Origin: Octopus vulgaris
Lineage: Eukaryota
Direction: 5' to 3'
Length of the DNA stretch: 64,000 nucleotides
NCBI GenBank assembly: GCA_951406725.2
Contig: OX597814.1
Span: 78,926,001 to 78,990,000 of the forward strand
Position numbers and translations under genes: made by a program. Below are positions 1-13,865 of this stretch, piece by piece. Under the pieces are notes generated by a model, which saw nothing but the letters and a program-made list of their open reading frames with translations, was not told where the DNA came from and ran no database searches. Position 1 is the first letter of the stretch, and each line of letters begins with the position of its first letter.

Positions 1-220
1 TTTTCATATTAATTTTCATATTATTGAAAATTAAAATGAAAATATGTATTAATGGAAAACCTCTATAAATGACTGATGATTGCTCAACATTTTAAAACTG
101 TTGTAATACTTACAATGTTTAATAAAATGATCTAGCGTGAAACAATCGTACCAAATTACTGAAGATATTCTTGTTGCTTATTTTGATTTTATATATATAT
201 ATACACACACACACACATAC

Positions 221-990
221 AGTTCTAGGTAAATTCCATCAGGTAAATTTCACCATAGGTAAATTCCACCATAGTATATTCCACCATGGTAAATTCCACC
301 CACTAATAATCACTGTGGTCAGTTTCTCTAGACTGTGGGTCAAAACCGATATTATTTAATCTGTCTATCTCTCAAGTCTTGAGATAGAGAGAGAGAGAGA
401 GAGAGAGTCTCAAGGCGAGATAGAAAATAATCTTTATAATCTACTTGAATGAGATGGGATCACTTTAATGTACTCCCATTCAAGCAAGAATCTATGAAAA
501 AGTCTCATCACAAAATTTCAAAAATAATATAATTAAGGATAAGGAAAGAAAAGATTAAATTTTAGCACACATTTTATTATAACAATAGAATAAAAATAAC
601 AGTGAATACATTGTGAAGTAGAGTTGGGATAAGAAAGTTTAATTTACTTAAAAAGAAATTTCTTAAGACAAACTGTATGCAATACTCCTTAAAAATTGCA
701 GAGGATTTTCATTTTGATATTCCTGAACTAGCTTATTCAGTCATGCATTAATAATTTGATAGGTCTTTTTTTTTTGTTGTTGAGTCTCCATGTCGAATGT
801 GTGCAATTTTTGTCTGGCTTAATCCCTCCTCAGATTTAAGGGCAGTGCATAGTCTCCACAAATTTGGATGTGTGGATGTTAGTAATGAATGCAAAGCATT
901 GTGGGACCCTTCTAAATAATGATTTTATAATGATAATAATAATAATTTCAGCTATGATGAAATTTACTATGGTGGAATTTACCTGTCACC
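221..990 (-). mobile_element. Internally deleted Mutator-like (MULE) DNA transposon with repeat-containing TIRs
   Basis: Left end has repeated GGTAAATTCCACCAT(A/G) units (221-300); right end 951-990 (actatggtggaatttacctgtcacc) is their reverse complement; encloses a MULE-type C-terminal peptide. Confidence 0.75.
663..925 (-). pseudogene. MULE transposase C-terminal remnant
   Basis: Minus-strand translation NHYLEGSHNALHSLLTSTHPNLWRLCTALKSEE...FLRSIAYSLS* fits the NNxxEGxHN...HPNLW...LKxEE motif of animal MULE transposases; a frameshift and a stop are present. Confidence 0.75.
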
Positions 991-1437
991 CACACAAATA
1001 TATACACATATATTTACATAAATGTAGATTTAGATATGTACCTACATACATACATACACACACACACATACATACATACACACATGCATGCATCCTTATA
1101 CATATACACTTGTATGTCATTGGTACTATTGTTTCATCCTTAATTAAAGCTGATGAATAAGCATAAAAAATATTAAGGGCCAATACAATCAGCTTGAAGG
1201 TGCTGCTACAGAATGGCCAAAGTAGAATAACTGAAACTAATAAAAGAGTGAAAGAACACCAACACAGATTTATAAAGGTACACATTTGCACATTGATAAA
1301 TATATCATCATCCTCATTTAATGTCTGTTTTCCATGAGGGCATGGGTTAGGCGGTTTGACTGGAGCTGGTAAGCCGGGAGCTGCATGAGGCTATACATAA
1401 AAAACATCCATACTTATAAATGAAACTTATTTAAATC

Positions 1438-1860
1438 GGTGCAGGCGTGGCTGTGTGGTAAGAAGCTTACTTCCTAACCACATGGTTCTGGGTTCAATCG
1501 CACCGTGTGGCACTTTGCGCATGTGGCTTCTACTATGGCCTCAGGCTAACCAAAGTCCTGTGAGTGGATTTGGTAGATGGAAACTGAAAAACGCCTGTCA
1601 TATATGCATATATATAAATATATATGTGTGTGTGTGAATGTCTCTATGTCTGTATTTGTCCCCCTATCGTTGCTTGACGACCAATGTTGGCATGTTTACA
1701 TTCCTTATAACTTAGTGGTTCAGCAGAAGAGACAGATAGAATAAGTACTAGGCTGACAAAGAATAAGTCCTAGGGTCGATTTGTTTAACTAAAATCCTTT
1801 AAGGTGGTGCTCCAGCATGGCTGCAGTCAAATGACTGAAACAAGTAGAAGAATAAAAGAA
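1438..1860 (+). mobile_element. tRNA-derived SINE, family A
   Basis: A box TGGCTGTGTGG, B box GGTTCAATC, internal (TA/TG)n, 3' stem-loop CAGTC-AAAT-GACTG and A-rich tail; homologous to 25484-25892. Confidence 0.85.
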
Positions 1861-2807
1861 ATGTATTTTGATAGTCACACCTTATACACATATTCATATA
1901 CGTATTCACATATACTCACCCCAACAATACACATGCAAAATTATGATATATCAAGATTCATTGGCATCACATTCTATATGCATTTAAATTACTGCTGAAA
2001 TTTATCATTTTCCCTCCAGCAACTAAAGAGAATTCCTTCCTTCAAATTTTTCAAGCTGTTTCCTTAAAGTTGAATGGTAGAGAATGAATTTATTGAATGA
2101 ATTAGATATACTAGATGATTACATTATGTAAATGAAGTAGGTGTTGGTGTAATGAATAACAGATGCAAGATAATTTTTAATAAATTGAAATTTTTTTCTC
2201 TCAGTTAGATAGAAGCTAATCAAAAACCTAATGGCAATTGTTCCTGATTGGGAAACAAAAGGGGGAGATAATTTCAAAAGTTTATTTTTTAAAAAGAAAA
2301 TAGTTTTGAGCATAAAGGAAAATCTGTTCTTGGTTAGAGAGAATGACACAGATATGCACATATATATGAAAAGCTAACTTAGAGAACCAGATATATGCAT
2401 TGGAATGACTTTTGAGTAATCGTGTAAAAGAACAACTTGAACATATCTGATTTTGATTGGAAGACTAAGATTCACCTACTGTCTATATGGCATCTATTCC
2501 AGTTTGGTTGAAAAAATTTCATGTGCGTGAAGCCAGCAGCTTGCAAATTGTTTTAATGGTTATCATGAAATCGACTGAATATGTACTTATACTGGGTTTG
2601 AAAGCAAGCTCCTAATATATCAATGCATGCATGACTTCATGTATAACTTTTATCTTTTACTTGATTTAGGCACTAAACTGTGGCCATGCAGGGGCACTTA
2701 GTTGAAGAAGTTTTATTAGAATGCATCAGCCCCAGTACTTACCCTATTTTTTTGGCAACCTAGCACTTATTTTATCTGTCCCTTTCTGTTGAACATCTAA
2801 GGTACAA

Positions 2808-2933
2808 GTTCTGGGTTCAGATCCACTGCGTGGTAGCTTGGACAAGTGTCTTCTACAATAGCCTCGGGCTGACCAAAGCCTTGTGAGGGGATTTGGTAGA
2901 CAGAAACTGTAAGAAGCCCATTGCATATATGTA

Positions 2934-2988
<55 letters not shown>

Positions 2989-3222
2989 ACGTGTGTGTGT
3001 ATGTGTGTGTGTGTGTGTATGTTTATGTATCTGTGTTTATCCCCCCACTATCGGCTTGATAACTGATGTTGGTGTGTTTATGTGCCTGTAACTTAGTGAT
3101 TTGGCAAAAGAGACTGATAGAATAAGTACTAGGCTTACAAAGAATAATTCCTAGGGTTGATTTGTTTGACTAAGGATGGTACTCCAGCATGGCTACAGTC
3201 AAATGACTGAAACAAATAGAGG
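2808..3222 (+). mobile_element. SINE family A, 5'-truncated
   Basis: Starts near the B box (ctgggttcagatcc), has a long (GT)n and the same 3' tail. Confidence 0.8.
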
Positions 3223-3566
3223 AATATATATATATATGGATATAAAATACACAGCTAAAAGAACTACTAATAGTTTCATGCTATTATGATACTTGAACAG
3301 GCATATTTATAAAATAAACCAAGTATCTTAAAGCAATCTTTCAGGTTCTATTTATGCATTATATATAATTTTTAAAAACAAGGACATTGTGTATGTGTTA
3401 ATATCTATCTATGTGTGTATATATATGCATATATGTATGTATGTATACATATATATGTATATACATCTGTATGAGTGTGCATGTCTGTGTGTATATATAT
3501 ATATATATATATATTTCACAGGTGTACTTGCTAGGCAAGTGATTTGAGATTGTATGTTGAAACTGA

Positions 3567-3743
3567 AACAATTACAGCAAGGAACACAAATATTTGTCAT
3601 TCAAAAACATACAAAAACTGTTAACTTCACTTGAAAATTTATTATTTGATGTCAAAATTTCCGTCATACCAATGTTTAATTGAAGTTTACAGTCTTTGTG
3701 TGTTTTTGAATGGCTAATAAATGTCTTTCATTTTGTAATTGTT
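3567..3743. repeat. Imperfect foldback with ~62-bp arms (MITE-like)
   Basis: aacaattac...ctgttaacttca (3567-3629) pairs with tgaagtttacag...gtaattgtt (3681-3743). Confidence 0.6.
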
Positions 3744-4787
3744 ACACACGTGTGTGTACAAAGCCTGTATTGGTCAGGGTTGACCAAATATCTACGTCTG
3801 TGTATCTGTATATGCAGACCTTTGCAAAGTTTATTTTGCAGAAATCTAATAGTTACCCATGTTTCTTCTGTCCATGGTACCAACATTGACTAAGGCAAAG
3901 CAATGATTGATACAGCTTGGCACTGGCGTTGTCACAGGTGTTACTGTCAGAACACAGAGAGATGGAAAAAAATAACACAAAGAATCTTGTCTAATGCTTT
4001 AAGATTGAGTTGCTATTTAATTTTATTGGTAGGTGTGGGCGTGTGGTTAAGAAGCTTGCTTCTCAACCACATGGTCTTGAGTTCAGTCCTATAGTGCAGC
4101 ATCTTGGGCAAGTAAGTGCCTTTTACAATAGCTCTGGGCCAACTAAAGCATGGTGAGTGCATATGGTAGATGAGAAATGAAAGAAGCGGTCATTGAGACT
4201 TTTTCAACTGTAAGTATGGAAAACAATTAAATTTTGGAAAAATTAAATGAAAAGTATTTTAAAAGAATATTTGCATAGTATTCAAATATAAGGGGCATTT
4301 TCCTTGTTTCTGCCTTTTGCTGTCTCTCTTGTTTAGTTTTGTGCATTCAAGGTTGTTATATATATCTGACTATTCTTTTCTTTCTCTCTGGACCTTTTCT
4401 CTTTCTGTTAAAGGTACCATGCGTGAAATATCACCCCCAACACTTTTTTCCATCTTAAATTGAGTGTCAACCTAATACATTTACTGTGTATGTACTTTTG
4501 ATTTTTGTTGTTTTTGTTTTTATTTTTGTAATTTGCCTATGTACATATATATATAATATATATGTGTGTGTGTGTGTGTGTGTGAGTGTGTGGATATGTA
4601 TTTGTGTACAACCTCACTTTGACATTATGTAATCCTTTTTTTATTTTCTTCTATTAAAGGCACAAGCCCTGAAACTTTAGGGGAGGGTTCTAGTTGATTA
4701 CATCGACCCCAGTGTTTCATTGCTATTTATTTTATCATTCCTGAAGGGATGAAAGGCAAAGTTAACCTCAGTGGAATTTGAATTTAG

Positions 4788-5716
4788 AAATCAAAATCAA
4801 AATCAAATCAAATCAAATCAAACCAAATCAAAATAGATGAACATCAATGGAATTTGTATCTTTGTGGTACCAGTACCGGTGGCACACAAGAAAACCATCC
4901 GAACGTGCCGTAGCCAGTACCGCATCGACTGGCCTCTGTGATGTGGGCACATAACAAACACCATCCGATCGTGGCCGTCCGCCAGCCTCATCTGGCACCT
5001 GTGTCGGTGGCACATAAAAACACCAACCGAAGACCCGGCAAGACTAGTCAGGCCATAACCCATGGCCCCTACTTGGGACGTAGTCAGTCCACCTGTGCAT
5101 ACCTTCCTTCCTTCTTGTGACACTTGTGAAGACCTGTGAAGACCTGTTGAGGCAAGTGAAAATCAAATCAAAATAGATGAACATCAATGGAATTTGTATC
5201 TTGTGGTACCAGTGCCGGTGGCACACAAGAAAACCATCCGAACGTGGCCGTAGCCAGTACCGCATCGACTGGCCTCCGTGCTTTGGGGACGTAACAAACA
5301 CCATCCGATCGTGGCCGTCCGCCAGCCTCATCTGGCACCTGTGTCGGTGGCACATAAAAACACCATCCGAGCGTGGCCGTCTGCCAGCCTCGTCTGGCAC
5401 CTGTGTCGGTGGCACATAAAAACACCATCCGAGCGTGGCCGTCTGCCAGCCTCGTCTGGCACCTGTGTCGGTGGCACATAAAAACACCATCCGAGCGTGG
5501 CCGTTCGCCAGCCTCGTCTGGCACCTGTGTCGGTGGCACATAAAATCACCCACTACACTCTCGGAGTGGTTGGCGTTAGGAAGGGCATCCAGCTGTAGAA
5601 ACACTGCCAGATCTGACTGGCCTGGTGCAGCCTTCGGGCTCCCCAGACCCCAGTTGAACCGTCCAACCGATGCTAGCATGGAAAACGGACGCTAAATGAT
5701 GATGATGATGATGATG
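4788..5716 (+). mobile_element. RTE LINE 3' UTR-only copy with 62-bp tandem array
   Basis: Near-identical to the 3' UTR of 19346-21999 in opposite orientation; monomers at 5332/5394/5456/5518; ends ...gctagcatggaaaacggacgctaaat(gat)n. Confidence 0.9.
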
Positions 5717-6938
5717 AAGGTGCCAACAGACAAAGTGCCATTCAATATTTTGCCCATCATGCAATGTTCTACCAGGTCACTGCCTTTTAAAATCACATAA
5801 TGATCGTAACCAAGCATCACTGTCATACAGCAATGTTGTTCATTTCCAGTCTCCCATGGAAAACATGTCTGGCCATGGGGAGATATTGGAAATATTACTT
5901 TTCTTGGAAACAAGTGAGTATTAGGAACAGGAATGGCATCCAACTGTAGAAAACTTGCCTCAACAAAATTCTGTCTGACCCATGCAAGCATGGAAAAGTG
6001 GATGTTAAAGCGATGTTAATGAAAGATGAAAGACAGGGACTGACCAAAGCACGACTTGAACACAGAATGCAGAAAGTCAGGATAAGTACTAAGAGGTATT
6101 TTAACAAATGACCACAGAATTCTACCACTTAGCTTGGACTGGAACACCCTCTTCTAGAACACAGATCTGACCGATAATGTCATTGTGAAAAATAAGCAAT
6201 GACATCATCAAAATCTCAAAACTACAAGATAATGCATGATTAACTCAAAAACAATGTGAAAAAAATAAGCACTTCATTTGACAGAATAATCTGAATGCTA
6301 AAGTGTTAAGTTTTGGTACATATAAAGGAAGTAATTGGTTGGAATTGAGCTAAAAAATTATTGTACTGTTTCACATCCGTTTTTTTTCATAGTAGTATGG
6401 AGCAATTATTTTTAGAGCTGAATGCACTTCCTATAACAAATCAATCAACTTTGAAATTAGAATAGATTTAATTCAGTGTTCAGTTAGGCAAACTGGAACA
6501 ATTACCTTGCCAACAGAGGTACAGTAGCTCTTGTAGCAAAGTTTGGACTCTTATGTATGATACACAACACTTTAAATTAAATATAGCAACTGAATGTCTT
6601 AAGTGCAGGAATGGCTGTGTGGTTAAGATGATGGCTTTTCAATTTAATGATTTTGAGTTCAGTTCCATAATGCAACACCTTGGGCAAATGTCTTTTGCTA
6701 TAGCTGTGGGCCAGCCAAAGTCTTACCAGTAGAATTGGTATGACAGAATCTGAAAGAAGCCCATCTATAATATTATCATCTTCATCATCATGCCTGTTTT
6801 TCATGCTGGCATGGATTGGACGATTTGACAGGATCCGGCTTGCTGGCATATTTTGGAATAGTTTCTATGGCTGGATGCCCTTCCTAATGCCAACCACTTT
6901 ACAGAGTGCATTGGGTACTTTTTATGTGGCACCAGTGC

Positions 6939-6973
<35 letters not shown>

Positions 6974-7349
6974 TTATTATATATGTGTGTGTTGTTTCTT
7001 GACATCAACTGATAGTAAACAATTGTCACTGTCATACAAGTAATATTTATTTCCAATCTTCCATGAATAACATGTCAGGGTATATGAAAACATTACCTTA
7101 CTTGAAAAGAAGATGGGGAGGAAGGCATTCAGTCATAGAAAATCTACCTCAAAGAATTCTGTCTAACCCACACAAGTATAGAAAAATGAACATTAAAATG
7201 ATGATGATGATGATAAATCTCATTGGTTTTAATGCTTCTTATTCTTGATGTCATGGTCAGATAGAAGCAAATGTTTTATTTTTGTTTTTTTTTAATGATG
7301 TAATAGTTGCTGAATAACCCCCACCTCATCCAGAGGTCATCACTCCTTT

Positions 7350-9928
7350 GGTAATTTTAGGGTGCTGAATCTGAATCTGACATCAGTTTTCAGACAGCAC
7401 GTGTAGTTTTTTAGTTATTCTCAGCATCAGATTTTCCAACCAATTGATAATATTGACAAAGTAGAAGGCTATTTGCTTTCGATTTTCATTCATATACTCA
7501 TCACGGAAACAAAAATAAGTGCTGATAGAGGGAAGTGTAGGCTACCTGTTAAATTGCCACACAAGATGAGAATTTATTTTACTTTGTTATTACTGTAATT
7601 ATAGTAAAGTTCTCATCACAGTGGGATACTGATATTAGGGTATAGTAAGCCACCCAGACTCCCTTTTTTGATAACTGCTAGTGCTGTAAAAACAAAGTAC
7701 ATCAAATAAGAGAGCCAGGTTATATGAAAAGTAGTTTAGTAGTAAGCTTAGTTATTTATTAAAGTGATCAATGTTTGAAATTTAGAGATGGAAAAAACTG
7801 TTTCATGATAACCATAGCTTTAGTGCATTCTATAATAATTTAAATGATTTTTTTGAGAAATATATTTTGATGTTTTACAGTAACATTTATAGTTGATTAA
7901 TTTTATATTTTAGTTTACTGATAGGCTGATTTAGGTTATTACTGTATGTATTTATAATGAGCAGAAAAGTTTGTGTTAATCACCTGAACAGCTTTTGTTA
8001 TGTGTAGAAAATTTATGCCAAAAGATCAGAGAAATAAACTTACAAAGAAATTTTAAAAGCTTACAAGCTTTACTCCAGGTGCAAAGTTGGGGACTAAGAT
8101 AAAGTGTTGGTACCTCATGTTTATTGCAAAATCTGCTACACAGCCACTAACCCAATGGCTGAATGGTAAATAGTAAAGTATGCCATTTGCGGTACCAATG
8201 ATATGGCGCAAACCAGCAAACCACTATACCGATTGTTATTTCTGCTTAACTAACATTACACGTTTCTCTAAGAAAAACAAATCCAAGATTGTTTATCCAG
8301 ATTGCCCTTCACCTTTAAAACCAGTTGCTCATACTGCTGAAAATATTCCAATTCCAGAACCTCCTTCATCTTTTGACAAAGATAGTTTAAGTGAAGAAAG
8401 TACTGCATCTACTTCAATTGAAGGCATGCCGAGTGTTACAGCAGATCACTGTGATGAACCAGGATTTTCAAAAAAGTTCCTTATTTATTAAATCAACTTG
8501 AGTTAAATGATTTAGTTAGACTTGAGTTTAACAAATGAAAAGTCAGAACTAATAGGCTCCAGGTTGAAACAATGGAATCTTTTACACGATAGTGTAAAAT
8601 GCTCGTATTTTCAAAAACGGCATACAGAGTTGTGCGATTTTTTTTATGGAGAAAGACGGTATTTGCTTTTGATGTGATGTTGAAGGACTCCGACATGAGA
8701 TGGGGTATGGCCATGATCCTGAAGAATGGAGACTCTTCATAGATTCCAGCAAAGCAAGCCTAAAAGCAGTTTTGCTGCATAATGACAATCAAAAACCCTC
8801 AATACCACTAGCACATGCTGTAGGATTAAAGGAAACTTATGAATCAATGGATAAAATTTTACTCTTGATTAAATATTCTGAGTACAAGTGGAATATATGG
8901 GGGACTTGAAAGTTATTGGTTTATTTCTTGGGTTGCAAATGGGATATACAAAGCACCAGTGCTTTTTGTGCTTTTGGAACAGCAGAGATGACAAACATCT
9001 CTATGATCAAAAAGAGTGGCTAAAGATAAGTGATTTCATTCCAGAGAGATACAACGTTAAATATATCCATTTAGTTGACCTTCAGAAAATTTACCTTCCT
9101 CCCTTACACATTAAATTTGGCTTGTTTAAGAATTTTGTTAAGGCCATGAATGAAGATGTTGAAGGATTTAAATATCTCAGTGAGAATTTTGTTTCTGGCA
9201 AGAATGAAGCTGGTGTTTGTAATGGACCAGAAATTTGTATACTAATTTGTATTGAGCTTTTTCAAGAAAAACTAAGACCAACAGAGAAAATTGCTTGGGA
9301 GAAGTTTGTATCTCTTGCAAAAAATTCTTTTGGAAATGAAGTATCATCTAACTACATTGCAATTGTGAATGATTTTTTGAAAGCTTATAAGCAACTTGGG
9401 ACGAGAATGTCTCTAAAAATTCATTTTCTATACTCTCATCTTGACTTTTTTTCCACCCAATATGGGTGGTGTAAGCGATGAGCATGGTAAACGATTTCAT
9501 CAAGAAAGCAAAGAGGTAGAAAGCCACTAGAGTGGTAGACTTACACCAAACATGCTGACGGACTACTCTTGGTTTTTAAAACAAGGACATGCAACAAAGT
9601 GTAAAAGGTTCCAAAGCTACTTTTGAAAAACATAAAATTAATAATATTCACTTAACACTTTTGTTTTGTGTTTTATTGGTTTTAGAGCTACTTTTTCACC
9701 TAGTTGCTATTGTTCTTATACCAAATAAAGGGAATTTATGCTTAATATAACATTCATTTTATTTGTCATGAATTTTGACATTATTGTAATTTTGATAGCA
9801 GTATAATAATAATAGCGCAAAAACGTGATGTGCTAGAGCAAAAATGATTGCAGATTCAGAATCAGTGCTCACAAATCACCTATGAGCACCATTTCATCTA
9901 ATAGTTGCAAACATTTTGTTGCTTACTG
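7350..9928 (+). mobile_element. Chapaev/Transib-related (CMC-like) DNA transposon, decayed
   Basis: Imperfect inverted repeats ~7350-7420 (ggtaattttagggtgctgaatctgaatctg) and ~9811-9880 (cagattcagaatcagtgctcacaaatcacc) flank a single transposase; the exact left terminus is unclear. Confidence 0.75.
7957..9626 (+). pseudogene. Chapaev3-like DDE transposase pseudogene
   Basis: ORF fragments join across stops/frameshifts: N-terminal Cys/His region (FCYVC...HVYCKIC...HYTDCYFC), WRLFIDSSKASLKAVLLH, GDLKV...CFLC, MSLKIHFLYSHLD, DEHGKRFHQ. Confidence 0.8.
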
Positions 9929-10094
9929 TTATACATTGCAACATATGTTTCTACTTCCCATGCCATCATTAGGCTACAATTTTTCATATTCATATAATAT
10001 TATTTCAGATTACTCTCAATAATTAGGTACTATGCAGTGGAACTGAAGCCAGAACCATGTGGTTGGGAAGCAAACTTCTTACCACAAGCTTCTC

Positions 10095-10530
10095 CTTTTT
10101 TTCTATGCTTGCATGAGTCAGGTAGAATTTTTTAAGGCAGATTTTCTGCTGCTAGATGCTCTTCCTGTGACCAACACTCACCAGCTTTCAAGGAAGGTAA
10201 CATTTCTATGTAAACAGACATGTTTTTCATGGAAGACTGCAAACAAACAACATCACTTGTATGACAGTGGTGCACATTTACAACCATCAAATGATGTCAT
10301 CACAAGGGTACATATACACACACATGCACGCACGTGCACACATGCATGCACACACACACAAACACACATACACACATGATGGGCTTCTTCCAGTTTTTGC
10401 CTATGAAATTCACTTACAAGGCTTTTGTTGGCCAGCCTGAGGTTATAGTAAAAGACACTTGCCCAAGATGCCACACTATAGGAGTGAACCAAAGATCACA
10501 TAGTTAAGAAGCAAGCACCTTAACCACACA
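10095..10530 (-). mobile_element. SINE with family A tRNA head and RTE-type tail
   Basis: 10380-10530 matches the family A head (reverse complement); 10095-10310 matches the RTE-like tail ending catgcaagcat(g/a)gaaaa. Confidence 0.7.
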
Positions 10531-11649
10531 CCCAGTTATGTAAGATGAAAAGGAGTTCAAGTTTTGATTTTTTCATCTTTGTTTAAAGATATAATAAAGC
10601 CTTGTGAGTGGATTTGGTAGACAGAAACTGAAAGAAGCCCATTGTGTGTATGTATGTGTGTGTGTGTGTGTGTTTGTGTCTGTATTTGTCCCCACCACCA
10701 CCACCACCACTGCTTTACAACTGGTGTTGGTGTGTTTACATCCCTGTAACTGAGTGGTTTTGGCAAAATGAACTGATAGAATAAGTACCTAGTTTGAAAA
10801 AATAAGTACATTCAAGTAAAACTCTTCAAGGCAGTGCCTGGCCACAGTCTAATGGTTGGAACAAGTAAAAGGCAAAAGATATATGCAGGACCACATTATC
10901 TTGGATGTACATCTGTCATTTTTTTAAAGTGATAGGGTATCATTTTGAGGGAGAGATAAGGTTGCTACTTCTTGCAGGTCGAGCAACCACATACAGGTTC
11001 TCCAGAGACAGAGAAATAGAGCATGGATGGAGTGATTGATGGCTAGAGAGACACAAGAAGCACACAAAAGAAAAAAGAAAACCCCAAAAAGACAAATCTA
11101 TAGATAGATATTATAAACTACTGTAAAAGTATGATACTGAATAAGTATAGAATCTACCCATCAGACCTATCCAAGCTTCCATATGAATAAATTCTTTTAG
11201 GGAAAATGTTTAAAAACAAAACTAAAACACACACACACGCATGCAGAAAATAAAAAGAAAATATCCAAATTTGAATATTTTCAGAATACATCATGGATTG
11301 ATTCGTGGACTCATCTATCCAACCATCCAATGTATATCCAAGAATATAAATATAAATGGGCAATAAAAAAGAAGACATTAGGGATGGAAGCAATATTGTA
11401 GGCCTGCATTCGTAATATAGAGAGACAGGCTTAGTGCTGGTATGTAATATTAAGTCACACACACACGCACAGAGGCAAGCAGGCACACATATGTACACAT
11501 GCAGCATGCACACATTCACGCACATGTAGTTATGCATTGATAAACAAAACAATTCAGCATTTAGAGGATACAAGAAGCAAATTATATATGTTAATAACTT
11601 TCTACCCAATGGCCTGCCTTGGCAATATAATATGACATAATATAACTTA

Positions 11650-12395
<746 letters not shown>

Positions 12396-13306
12396 TATAA
12401 ACACGTTCATATAAAATATGCATATATAATCTCCCCTTTCTCTCATTCTTATCCAGACACGTACAGGTATAAACACATATGCATAAATATGTGCATGCAC
12501 ATAATTTATACATGCATATATGTGTGTATATATCACTCTATGTGTGTGCACACAAAGCCATAAAAACATATATATGAATAAGGCAGGGCACAAATTCATA
12601 CCCTATGTGTATGGATGTATAACTTAAAATAACTGTACACATATTCCTTATATACACACATACTCAATTTTAACACCTCTACTAGAAATACGTGCATGTA
12701 TTTTTCATGCATTTATAGGTGCATAGGTATTATACACAATATTTCATATAAATTATACATTATATCTGGAGTATCCAGCTTACAAAGATACACACAAACA
12801 TATGTAGAGATGTACCCATACATATATGCATAAACATATGCATATGTGTGTTCGAGTACATATATATGTATTTACAACAAACATTCCATAAACTAGAAAC
12901 ATTTAAATAAGTATTACCCTAGCCAGAATTAGAATCCCTATGAAGGACAATCATGCAAGATGAATGTGTAGTATAATAAAAATAACACCACTACCACAAA
13001 CCAGGAAACCAAAACTCCCTTAACAAGTTCAACCCTACAAAAATGAAGCCCAAGAGTACAAGATATAAAAGATTCAGAGACAACATGCATGTCAAACATA
13101 CATTTCCATCATCAGCAGCCTAACAGATATCATTATGGTTTTCATATACATACACATGGTTATATATATATGTAGCTTAGTTTAAAGGTAAATCTTGGGG
13201 ATGCTCTGGGATGCATGGCTAGTGGGGTTTCAAGTCTTACAACATCACACTCTCCTCACCCAGTTGATCCAGCAAGGGTCATACATGATTACACACACAC
13301 ACACAC

Positions 13307-13347
<41 letters not shown>

Positions 13348-13450
13348 TAAAATTAAGGATAAAATCTTTATAAGAAATTATCAGTAGTTAGCATGAAAAA
13401 CTTCGTAAGAGAAAAAATCTGTAAATTTTTCCACTTTGAAAATATTTATT

Positions 13451-13865
13451 TATATTATATAGAGGGTACTATTATTCATAGGTACCGCATGCTAGGAGGG
13501 ACTCCTGAATTCTTGTTCCGAATAGGTAAATTGTTACCGAAATGCATTGTGAATAAGCCCGCCATTTTCATAGATATGTAAAGATAAACATTCGTACATG
13601 CTACGACGAATTCTACGGTTGGCAGTCGGGTATGCTATATTGTGTTTTTTCCTTACATGTCTTGAGTTCGTTGCACTGAAGAGCATAGAATGCATATTCT
13701 GCATTGATTACAAAATCACAGGTGATATGTAACTAAATTCTGTTTTTAAGTGACCTGCTTTGAAGTTTTGCATTCGATACAATTTGTTTATTTTAGTAGT
13801 TTTGACTGCAAGAGTCCCTCCTAGCATGCGGTACCTATGAATAATAGTACCCTCTATATAATATA
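13451..13865. mobile_element. Element with perfect ~54-bp terminal inverted repeat (Penelope-like inversion or MITE)
   Basis: tatattatatagagggtactattattcataggtaccgcatgctaggagggactc (13451-13504) is the exact reverse complement of ~13812-13865. Confidence 0.7.

Noticed and set aside
7957-9626. Domesticated RAG1-like gene or ProtoRAG
   Set aside because: Many stops and frameshifts; inverted repeats present; no RAG2-like partner or heptamer/nonamer ends seen.
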